This document shows positions 1 to 10,559 of a DNA stretch of 64,000 bases, one piece after another. Each line of letters starts with the position of its first letter. The first letter of the stretch is position 1. The position numbers were made by a program, and so were the translations under genes. The notes under the pieces were generated by a model, which was given only the letters and a program-made list of their open reading frames with translations, was not told the origin of the DNA and ran no database searches. This DNA comes from Neoechinorhynchus agilis (taxonomy: Eukaryota; Animalia; Acanthocephala). The stretch is taken from assembly GCA_051530055.1 (NCBI GenBank), contig CM121341.1, positions 1,116,001-1,180,000 on the forward strand, written 5' to 3'.

Positions 1-567
1 AAGTTCCCTTCTTTTTATTTCGTAGGGTCCTAGTTTAGTTTTGAGAATTTTCACGGGACGAGTAGACTTAAACGTCTAGAAACATATATGGGTCCCGATC
101 AATGATCACCACTGTTTTACCTTTGGTGTTGTGAATAGAGCCGTCTCGTATATAATATCGATTATTATTTTAAGTTGTGTTGGCGTGATTGTTAATAGCG
201 TCGCATCGTGACAGTTCAGCTTTTAGCCCTGAGAAGCGCTTTCTTTTTCTCTAATGAAATTGATTTTGTTGATTCCCGCAGTTCTGTTCCATGGAAATTT
301 AAAGAATCATACAAATTTACTAGTTTGTAATTCAACAAACATAAATTGCAAAATGTTTAAATTTGTTGTTAATTTTTGATGCCAGCATAGATCTATATAA
401 AGCCCCAAATTTCTTGCACAATCTTACGAAAAATAGCTACATTCTATCGAAGAATAGGATTGCCGAAATTATTACTAATCGTCTAATTTCGATTAACAAT
501 AAAATAATTCGAAATTCCTCAGTGAACGTTTTTTCAGTTTTTAATTTTCACAGGCCTTTAGATGCGG

Positions 568-3063
568 TTAATAATATTCTAACATTTCTTGTTTGATGCA
601 TTGGCGAAGTGGCCTTTCTGTTTTTCCCACGTACGTGACCAAGTGGCCACGGTCAATCCGACACCGTTCACACCGGATCTCGTAGACTACACTGCTCTGA
701 TCGCACATCTTCCAGTCACGATCAATGGCTTGCTGACGCTCCTCGTCCATCCGCGCACCTGCTGTGTATCTGCACATTAGGCACGACCGAGGGCATTCCT
801 GATGATCCTCATGATGCCTCGTTCTCGTCAGCATCCTCCGCAGCGTTCTACACCCTCTGTGCACAATACGCACATTCAACCCTGCTTGCCTGAGCAGTAC
901 TTTAACTCTCTTCGTGAACATTTCACTCACGTACGGAATTCGTAGGATCGGACTATCGTCCTTTCGTTCCCTCATGGGTCCAACGTCCCGTCTAATTCTA
1001 TTTTCCACTTCTCGCTGGAATCCTTCGATCTCCTCTGTCGAATATCCGTTGTCCGCGAAGATCTTGTTTACTGCTTCCACCGCTCCACGCTTCGCGTCCC
1101 ACGACGATGAGCAGGTGGTTGCCGATTTATGCATACCAGCGTATATCGCCGCTTTCATCGCCCAAGGATGATGAGAATCTCGGTGCATCACAATCGACTT
1201 CCTGCATGGCTTTCGATACCAATTGAAGTTGGATACATCGTCGGATTTGAAGCGGAGATTGAGGAATGGCAGGTAGTCCGAAGGTTGGTCTCTCGTAACC
1301 CGAATCCTCCTATTCGAGTCCATTGAATTTAATAGTGACTTAATGGTATCGACCTCATCATCCTCGGTGAAGGTCAACAACACATCGTCCACATAGCGGA
1401 GGTAAACTTGACTCGACGCTAAATGTGGATAGATGTGCTGTCTTTCCAGGTCATAAAGGTAGAGGATGGCCAATACCGGAGCTAAACTATTTCCCATTGC
1501 AAGACCACGAACTTGCTTATATAGCTGGTTTCGATAACGAAAAAGGTTGCACTTCAGTACCAATCGTGTCGGACCAATAACATCGTCTGGTAGTAGACCA
1601 AAGAGGTCAAGATCCTCATTCTCCTTCAACCTTTTCTCCAGCGCACGTACTGCTCCCTCGTTGTCCACATTGGTGTACTATGCTACGAAATCAAAAGACA
1701 TTACGCGACTGTTGGTCAATTCATTCTGTCGCGATCGCAGGGTTGATAGCAGCTCATCAGTATTGCTCACAAATGCCCGTGTCCTCCGTAGCAATGGACC
1801 GATAGCCGAAGCCAGGAAACGAGAAACACGGTACGCTGGTCCATTAACCGCAGATATGATTGGTCTGCATTTCAGCAACGAGGCTGCTTGCGGTGTAACC
1901 GGACCAATAGGCATCTTGTGTGTCTTGACCAATCCGTACATCGCCAGCGTACGTAATGGTCCGTGTGTGAAACTGCTCATCCCTTTCAACTCTCGAGCCG
2001 AAATCACTTTTCGAAGAGCAGCATTCAACTTCTTGCGCTGTTGCTCACATTCGTCTTTTGTCGCCATTGTATATGTATCAATATGACCCAATAACGTCCC
2101 CATCATCGCACTTTCCACGCTGCTTTCCATCGCCACGAGATCACCTCCCTTATCGCTCACTGTTATCCTCATCTCCTTCTTTTGCACTTTCTCTTTCAGG
2201 GACCTCAGTGCTCGTCGTTCACTCAACGGAAGATTCGGTTTCGAGCGGTAATCCATATAACGATCCGTCAAGTTTTCTATGCCCTCTCGCAACATCAACA
2301 ATTTTCTCTCTGTGTGATCATCAGCTCTCGGTACTGCGAATACATTCCTTTCGAAATCAAAACGCGGTCGAGATCGCGAGACACACTCAGGTTCACAACT
2401 AGGCGGTGCATTGGCCTCTGCAGCAACCAGACGTTCCCCATCACGAACAGCTTTTACCCGTAGTTGGTACGCTAAGCGCGCGACGTCCACTTGCAATTGG
2501 AATACATCCTCTTTCCTCAGTGCATGTGTCGGTGCAAAGGACAGTCCACGTGAGAGAACCATACGTTCATCTCTATTCAACATTCCATCCGGAATGCACG
2601 TCATCCGGTCGGTGAGTAAGACTTGACTCCTCGGTCGGCTCGGATCGACCTTCGATTCGCATAACGCGGCATATTTCGCTTTCATTCGATCTTTGGAAGT
2701 TCGCTTCGCAGTTTGGCCAGCATCCAGCGCGATATCCATCGCACTCGAGAATTCCTCCTTTCCCAACACTTCTGACAAATACTGCTTACATATATCGAGA
2801 TCCTTCCTCAAACATTGTAGATCGTTCCAGGTATTTCTTATCTTGACTTTGAGGCAAACAAACCGGAACCTCCATAGATTTTCCCTGATGCGCTTCTCAC
2901 GCAAAAAACCCATCGGCACACGGACACCATCGAGCAATGCAGGGAGTATTTTATTTCGGAGGCAACTTATGAGGAACTGAATCCGTTGTTCGTGACCCTT
3001 CAGACGCTCCAACATCGCAATGTAGTTCTTGGACGCAGCGAAGATCGGACTGTCCATCCGCAT
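568..3063 (-). mobile_element. Penelope-like retroelement (RT + GIY-YIG), one in-frame TAG, 3'-truncated
   Basis: ORFs 1678..3063 and 568..1668 are in the same frame, separated by a TAG (SFDFVA*YTNV). PLE motifs: SDKGG, YGLVKTHK, RPIIS, GLAMGNSLAP, YLRYVDD, LPFL, YRKP, HP, then VVYEIRC...YVGKT (GIY-YIG). Confidence 0.92.
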
Positions 3064-3465
3064 GTCGATAAGATTACTACATCAGTATTAATCAAATTCC
3101 TTCGGGATTTACACATCAACCACTGAGGACACCAAGTGAACTTAACGGCCTCATTAATACCTGTGAGTCGGATAAAACAATCGATGAGAGGGAACCTGTA
3201 AAAACCGAGTCAAAAATGATCATTTCCTCTCGGCAAGACTTTATATTAACCGAAAAACGGCGATCAAGAGGAAAAGGTTCCAGTCATCGTTGAATTGAGC
3301 ATTCGGGCCGAGGGCCAAACAATCGGTGGGCTTAAAAATTGCTCAAAAAGCAGAAACAATAAGTATTTACGGCAGCGACATCAAGAGAATTCAATAATCC
3401 CAAGTTGTTTATGAACCTATCTTCGTCCCGCTCAAGGAAAATACACAAAAAATAACAAAGCCAAG

Positions 3466-4906
3466 ATGGAGGAGGCCAGCGACAGCGAGGATATCGAAGA
3501 CATTGTCTCGGCCTTAGAACGTGAAGACGAGATGCCGCCGATCCCCGAAAAATTTATCGTCGCAGTCCATAAGGCAGGAAAGGAACAGGAAATTCCAGAA
3601 TGGTTTACCTGCCACAACGACGAACAATGGCAAGATATCTACAATGAAACTTTCATGGAAGAGCTGCTATTGGGCGACGAGGAATTCGAAATTTTAACAT
3701 TGAATGCCGAAACATTGAACAAAAACAAAGACATGGCCTTCATTATAGTCTCTGTCCAACAGTAAAGTAGACACTCAGGCGGTCACCGTTGTAGATGAGG
3801 AATATTCTATAAAGAATGAAAACCATAACGACGATACAGACGCTGAAAATAATTCGAATTAGCGGAAGACGAAAATGCTAAATTAACACAAAAATTCAAA
3901 GTGGAAGCAGACAATCTGGATACTCAAAATGGCGATATCAAGATAGGCGAAAATACCTCCTCTGAGATCATTATCAGAGATAACGATTGATTGGACAAAC
4001 TGTTGCTGTTTTTTAATGTGCTAAAATAAAAAAATCAAGATCAAGTGTTTCTAATGGGCATTGATTTTCACTTTGAATTTTACTCTTATTTGATTTATCT
4101 AAAAATTATAGTAAAGAAACTCGCGCGCACTTATCAGATATTCGAATTCCGATCACTTCTATGAATGGATTCCTTTGAACATTTAATTGAAAGAATCACT
4201 AGCCGTGTAATCGACCATCAAGCATCAAGAACAACGGATAAACCAAGTTGGTATGAAGGTCAAGGAGGCTTCTAATCTAAAACGATCTAAAGAAGGACGA
4301 GCGACCAAACTCACATTAAATCAAGCAAAAGAGGTAGAGCTTGAAAAGTTGGATAATGATTCCAGTGATCGGGATTCTAATGAAATTCCGGACCAAAGCA
4401 CAAAATCGCTAAGGCGTATCAAAATCGATGAAGAAAGAGTTTTACAAACGTTCACGGTAAACAGATTTAAGAATCCAAACCCTCGATGCTGTCTTCTCTT
4501 TTTACTGAGAAGATAAAATTGCTAAAGTTCTTATTGAATTTTCAATATGCAAACAAGAGCTAAGAACTGGTGGACACCGGTTACGGCAGTTGGAATCAAC
4601 GATTACGGCCTCATAAATATTCTCCGTATAATGGCCAGCAACGGGGAAACCCAACCGCTAATCGGCAATATCAGTCAAATAGGAAATAAAATTATGGAAA
4701 TCTTTAATCGTCAACCTCTAGAAATGTCCAATATTTCGATGGAAGATAAATCCGGATCGCACTTAAACCATACATTACATAACGAATCAATTTCGAAAAG
4801 TAGATCCTCAAGGCGGTCAACTGAACTTGAGAAACCAGCAAACTCTTCGATCGTTTTAGAACAATCTTGGACGAGAAGTTCACTGTTCGAAACCGCGCGG
4901 TGCTAA
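3466..4906 (+). pseudogene. Fragmented acidic/low-complexity ORF cluster, unidentified
   Basis: Collinear + ORFs 3466..3765, 4253..4516 and 4547..4906 with protein-like composition, broken by stops and frameshifts. No family recognised. Confidence 0.3.
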
Positions 4907-5763
4907 AGCGGATATTCAGCGCGATGATTAAACGTGAAATAACGCCGACTGAAATTCGCTCAGATCGAAAAATTGTTGAAGAAAATAAATTGTACAACGG
5001 CTGATATTGATGTACAAAAGTTATATTCTTGAAAACGAGTAGTGGTTCTTAGAAATAAATCCGGAGGAAAAAATGTTGGCGACGAAAACAACGGACCAAC
5101 AGAAAGCGAGACACAATAGAATCGTTGTGTAATTTGTAACATCATTTCTTGAGCTTTTAAAATAGGTTTCTTAATTCTGAAGGTCGACCGCGTATCCTAA
5201 AATCGAACTCTATATCAGTTTTTGAGATTTTCATGGACCGACAGATTGATATGATTCCCAGCGGAAACTGATCGGAACGAAGTTCGACAAAGAAAGCACC
5301 ATGCACCCAGAATTAATGATTTCAGGCTTCCAAGAACTTTTGTTAAAGGAACGTACAGTCGAATGGAGGAGTTAAGATATGAATTGATCAACGATTGAGA
5401 CCGATAAGAGCCAAATTCAAACCCCTGAGGATTTTGAAATGTTTAATCACACCAAATTGTGATCAAGCTAAAAAAAATTGAAGTAATCTCCTATCTGTGA
5501 ATCGTTTTTGAGACATTGAGTGAGATATTAGCTCTATAAAGACTATTTCGGAAGCCGTAGAATTACTAATCTCGGTGTAGATGATTGATCAAAAGTACTA
5601 ACAAATCTACGGATCCAAATGCAACCTCAATGAAATTTTAATAAAGTATGAAATTCAGCACGAAAATATAGAGCGATTAATCAGAAAGAATGCTAATTTT
5701 TTGATTACGTAACAAATTTTTCCAGTTTTCGATTAAAAGCGTTCTTTTTTGATTGATTATAAA

Positions 5764-5820
5764 TTACGCGAGGCTCTATTCCTGATCAAGAATACCCTCT
5801 TCATCCCGAAATTGAGGACG
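5764..5820 (+). mobile_element. Micro-fragment of CRE-clade RT
   Basis: LREALFLIKNTLFIPKL matches HEALFLIKNALYTPKL and HEALFPIKNTLFILKM in the CRE copies of this window. Confidence 0.5.
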
Positions 5821-6250
5821 ATGACGGCGAATAATTATGTTTATATCTTCAAAATCGAACCTACGAATGTGAAAAAATTACAACTGCTTTTTGATTTAAT
5901 TGTAATCCTCAGATACGGAACCCATGTTTAACATTTCCATGTGAAAAAAGTCTGAGGCTACATTGTGGCACGGAAGAATTTTAAATCTTCACGCTTCCTT
6001 ATCTTCATGAAAGGAGCAGGTGGTACACTTGTCATATTGTTGTAAGGACGCAGTCGTCTCATTTCCGTTCTTGTCTGTACCATTCATCGTTTAGTTTTTA
6101 TTTCCAAGAGGTTATAACAATTTTGTACGTCTGGGAACCTTTGAAGAAAAGTTTCTTGAAGCATTTTTTTCGAGTGCATCGTACAAAAATCTTTTTTTTA
6201 AAGAGTTGGATTATTAACTGAACAGAAGAAATTAGGTGCAATTTTATTGA

Positions 6251-6287
6251 ACGTCATTAATAGACTAAGCTTTCGTTACGTCATTAA
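6251..6287. promoter_or_regulatory. Duplicated ACGTCATTAA (ATF/CREB-like TGACGT) upstream of ACSL
   Basis: ACGTCATTAA at 6251 and 6278, 120-160 bp upstream of the ATG at 6410. Confidence 0.35.
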
Positions 6288-6409
6288 TTGGGACGCTCTT
6301 ATTCACGCCCGTAAGCTCCGTCTTTCGTCTCCACATCGATCAAGTCGACGCCACACTCCCGAATCCATTGCATTATCTTCTCTTCTATTTTAGATAATTT
6401 TGGGCTAAA

Positions 6410-9400
6410 ATGGATGCTAAAACGTCGCAATCTTTTTCGGTGGATCAAGCCAATTTCAAGTTCTGTCACAAACTCAGGTCAAATGAGGAAAATCCTTCTG
6501 AAACCGACGTCTACGTCACTCCAAAGGTACACGACAATGACGACATTATTCCCGAAGTCGGTCGGTTTCGTAGGTTCATCCAAAATAGGATTCTTGTGAG
6601 AGAAAAGTTCAAACATGCTAAGGTCTCTAATCAAAACGGCGATGTTGCCTTGAATCATGAAGATGAGAAAAATATTACCGAACTAGAGGGCCTCGAAACC
6701 ATCTACGATGGATTCTATTAAATCAATGGATCCTTGAGTTTTCGGAGTTTTGCGTAATTCCAGGGATTTGTTCATCAAGACATTTTTTATCGGGCCAAAT
6801 GAAGAATAATAATTCAATTTTTAAAATGTCGATATGTAAAGTACCGGGGAATGTGATTGGAAATATTGTTTAGGTCTACATCCGGTAAATGAGGGTCTAT
6901 TACTAACCTATAAACTGATGATGAACCCGACGAGGTTCGCAGAACGTCTTTAGTAAATAATCATTTACCGCGGGTGTAGACTGTATGCGTTCCTTAGTGA
7001 TTGATTTATCAATTCCCAATATTTCGTTGGTTTCGTCAGACTTCTTCAGGTTTCTTGTAAGTTTTACACAAAATAAACAGTCTCTCTATTTTTAGTGACC
7101 AAACAACACAATTTTAAGGTACATAAAGAAGTCCGACGTGTAGAGGACGAAATATTAAATTATTTTTTCACAATGCGGATTACGATTATATATTTAAAGA
7201 AAATTCGTGCGTTCCCATCATTTTACTAACAGTTTTACGATTTAATGCAAGTCCCCTGAGAAATACCTACATAATTTTTTGTCCAGAGTCCGTTTGATCG
7301 CAACAGAAATCTGGTTTGACCTCTGATTCATTGTAGTACGGAATGCGGATAGCCCAGCGCGAACACGACAATCGTCTGATTGGTTACCTCAACGAAACGA
7401 ACTTCTACGAGTGGCTCACCTATTCTCAAGTTGAACTGTTAGCGACGAATATTGGTCGTTTTCTTAGTGACAAAGCCGGTCTTTCAACTGGTGATATTGT
7501 TGGAATAAATTCAAAGACTCGAGCCGAATGGCTGATCACGTTCATTGGATGTGTGTTTAAATCGTTTACGGTGACTCCTGTATACGATACTTTGGGAGAC
7601 GAAGCCTGTGCTCACATTATTGATCAGACTGAGATGCGTGCCATGTTCGTATCAACGATTGACGATGCTCGTAAATTGATAAGAGTTCTGGCAGGTATGC
7701 AAGAGGCTGGAAAGGAAGTAAAATTAAGACACATTGTTTTGCTGGACACGCCTCCATCATCATCGATGACTGAATTCCACAAGTTTCAAAAGGAAAATGA
7801 AGCTAAATATAACATTTACGCGTTTAATGAAGTTGCGACCGGTGATGAGCAAAGCTGGAAGCTATGGATTCAAAAGACGTCTTTGGCTGCGATAGAGGAC
7901 CAGCGGCAGTACCATTTACCTCCGAAAAAAGACGATATCTTAGAGATATGTTACACTTCAGGCACGACTGGCGTACCGAAAGGTGTCGTTTATCGGCACA
8001 AAAACATGATAGCGCTGATAGTATGTCTCCGTGTTGACATTGATGATATATTGGAAGAAGGACGAGAAGTTTTTATCTGTTATCTTCCATTGGCCCACGC
8101 TTATGAAATAGCCGTGGAATGCTTTGGAGTGACTACTGGGTGCAAACTTGGATACTATAATGGCGACGCTCGAAATCTAGCGGCCGATATGAAGAATCTA
8201 AGACCAACGATTGTAACTGCAGTGCCTCGTGTTCTAACTCGGATCCACGAGGGAATCGATAAAAAAACTAGCAGGGAAGAGAGTGGGGCCTTGAAAGCTT
8301 TTATGTTCAAACAAGCAGTCAGAAAACAATGGAAAAAATTGGTGGATGATGCCAATGAGCACCTTAAAAACCCATTTGATGTTAATAAGAAGCAGCCAAA
8401 CCGTCGAACCAGACGAACATTTATCTATGATCGCTTCATTTTTAAGAAAGTCCAAGAACAGTTTGGAGGAAACCTTAAAGCAATTTTTGTTGGAAGTTCA
8501 GCTACACCCCCGAAGACTTTAAGCTGAGAGATTAGGCGCTCCGGACACAGGATCTTCTTCAAATTGTACCTTTTTTGAATCTTATCGTAAAGTTCACAAA
8601 ATGTTTTTGATATGAATCGTAAAATTTTCTTATTCGCACCACAAAACAGAAAAATCAATTTTTGAGAATTTGCCCAAATTAGAGTGCTAAATGCGAACAA
8701 ATCTGTAGACGAGAAATATATTGAAATGTTTAAAAAGTTACGTTAAGAATGCGAAAGGGTGCAATGTCGTTTAATAAAAAAAATCTTTCCTAATTTCCGT
8801 AAAAATTCCGTGTCTAAAAAAGATAGAATTTCCTTTTATAAATGCTATTCTAGATTGTCTAAAATAATCTTTATCAAAAAAAGAATTTGAGTTTGTGCAA
8901 CGAATCTAGACTTTTCTCTAAAGGCCGAAACTCACGTTCTCCTTTATTTTTGCGTTTCGAACACACTCAAACAATCTCAACCTTTTATTTGCTCGATGTT
9001 TTTCACGAGTGACTTTGCATTGACTCACAATTTTTCGGAAAACTCATGACACCTGACTTTTTTTTTGCTTTTGACGAGCGCTTGATCTAGTACAGTTTCT
9101 TCGATCGGTGCTCGGATGCTACGTATGCGAAGGTTTCGGTCAAACCGAATCATACGGGATAGCATTTCTTCAGCATCACTACGACATGAACACTGGTTCA
9201 ATCGGTCGTCCTTTATCGAGTGTCCAGTTTAAACTTCGAGATGTCCCTGATCTCGGTTACAAGAATGCTCGACAAACTCTAGTAGGTGAACTGTGTTTGC
9301 GTGGATCGAGTATTATGGCGGAGTATTATAAAGAACCAGAGAAAACACGCGAAACCGTCGATGCCGATGGATGGATTGGGACGGGTGACATTGCAAGACT

Positions 9401-9869
9401 AAACCCAAATCGTACTGTGAGTATATTCGATAGGAAAAAGCATATTTTTAAGCTCATTCAAGGTGAATACGTGGTCCCGGAACGCGTTGAGAGCGTTTAC
9501 AAGACCAGTAAGTTAATTGACGATATTTTGGTGTTCGGCAAACCGATGTGGACGTCGGTAGTCGCGGTTGTGTTCGTCAATTTAGACGAAGCCCGCAATG
9601 TTTTAAAGTGTAAAGCAATCACGTTAAACGAACTCAATGAAAACGAAGTATTCATTCGCGTTTTACAAAATGAACTCAACATGATTGGAGCGAAAAGCGA
9701 TCTTAAAGGATTTGAGAAAATTAAGGCTTTCGTCGTTGCTGAAAAACCCATGTTCGACTACACTGACATGGTCACGCCTACCCTTAAACCAATGAGACAT
9801 TTATTCGCTTCACATTTTAATGAACAACTCGAGAGAGTCTATGCAGGAATTGTGGATAAACCTCTCTAG
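6410..9869 (+). CDS. ACSL: Long-chain fatty acyl-CoA synthetase (ACSL1/5/6-like); predicted exons 6410-6718, 7337-8519, 9091-9869 (756 aa)
   Basis: AMP-binding motifs YTSGTTGVPKG, YLPLAHAYE, EGFGQTES, GELCLRG, DGWIGTGDI, DRKKHIFKLIQGEYVVPERVE. The joins TIYDGFY|YGM and GSSATPPKTL|QFLRS restore canonical ACSL spacing. Confidence 0.92.
6719..7336 (+). other. Candidate non-canonical intron 1 of ACSL (TA...AG, TA direct repeat)
   Basis: No GT at the junction. TA on both sides. CAATGGATC (6724-6732) pairs with GATTCATTG (7325-7333). Confidence 0.65.
8520..9090 (+). other. Candidate non-canonical intron 2 of ACSL (TA...AG, TA direct repeat)
   Basis: Removal gives act tta cag ttt (TLQF). GATTAGGCGCTC (8530-8541) pairs with GAGCGCTTGATC (9076-9087). 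Poly-T tract near the 3' end. Confidence 0.7.
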
Positions 9870-10174
9870 AAGAGGATAAGCGACATATTGAGAGTGTGAA
9901 CCTTTTCTGATGTAATTGTTCTCTAAAGGTTTCATAAATTGATCAAATTCGAAGTGTGAACGGAAATCAATTCTTTTGAACCTAAAAAAATGTCGCTTTC
10001 TACCCTACAATTGGAAATTAAGTTGTTTAATATGACTTATTATTAAGGAAACCACGGAAAACAAACACAGCAACAAATTTGAATTAAAAAAGTCGCATTT
10101 GAATTTTTGTGCGGCTCTCGAATCGGAAATGGAATTAATAAACTGTATAAAATTCTATTTTTTCTCAGCACACG

Positions 10175-10510
10175 CCTTCGCTCTTGATCACTCAGCTACC
10201 GTCCTGGTGTAATGGTTGAAAGGACGGATGCAGCGTTCGCAGTTTTGCCCTCGGATCATCAGTGATTAGTCTCAGTCTCTTGAACGCCACGGTACACAAC
10301 GACCTGAGCGTCTCGACGCCAAAGGGAACGAACTAATGATTTCGACCCAAATCCTTGTATTTTGTCCTTTTGCGTTCCTCAGTGGCGGTTGTTGCTCCCC
10401 TCCGGTTTAGTAGTGGCGAATTTTATGTTGCTGGCTGCGAGCGTATCCATGAACGTGACGTCCCAGAGATGGCATTTGCATCCCCTCGCTACGGGAATAC
10501 TGTAATAATA
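10175..10510 (-). mobile_element. CRE-clade retrotransposon 3' fragment (family B)
   Basis: Minus strand translates to LWDVTFMDTLAASN...KYKDLG...FVPFGVET...ANAASVLSTI. Near-identical to 25865-26060. Confidence 0.8.
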
Positions 10511-10559
10511 ACACATTTTATTGATACCCCTATCTAGAATTCATAGCAGTCCATTTCAT

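Noticed and set aside
480-525. Hammerhead downstream of the first Penelope element (CTGAGGA...GAAA on the - strand)
   Set aside because: Stem II cannot close correctly and stems I and III are absent.
1547-2980. + strand ORFs overlapping the Penelope element, and similar antisense ORFs over ACSL, RBM39, CRE and Gypsy
   Set aside because: Shadow frames of real coding sequence with no recognisable motifs.
8495-8500. Canonical GT donor (GGAA|GTTCAG) for ACSL intron 2
   Set aside because: It would delete SSATPPKTL, the loop equivalent to the conserved GAAP region; disfavoured but not excluded without RNA data.
10175-10390. tRNA-derived SINE or structured ncRNA (TGGTGTAATGG A-box-like, repeated at 25865 and 57340)
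   Set aside because: The opposite strand translates as the C-terminus of a CRE element (FVPFGVET...NAASV); no B box or cloverleaf.
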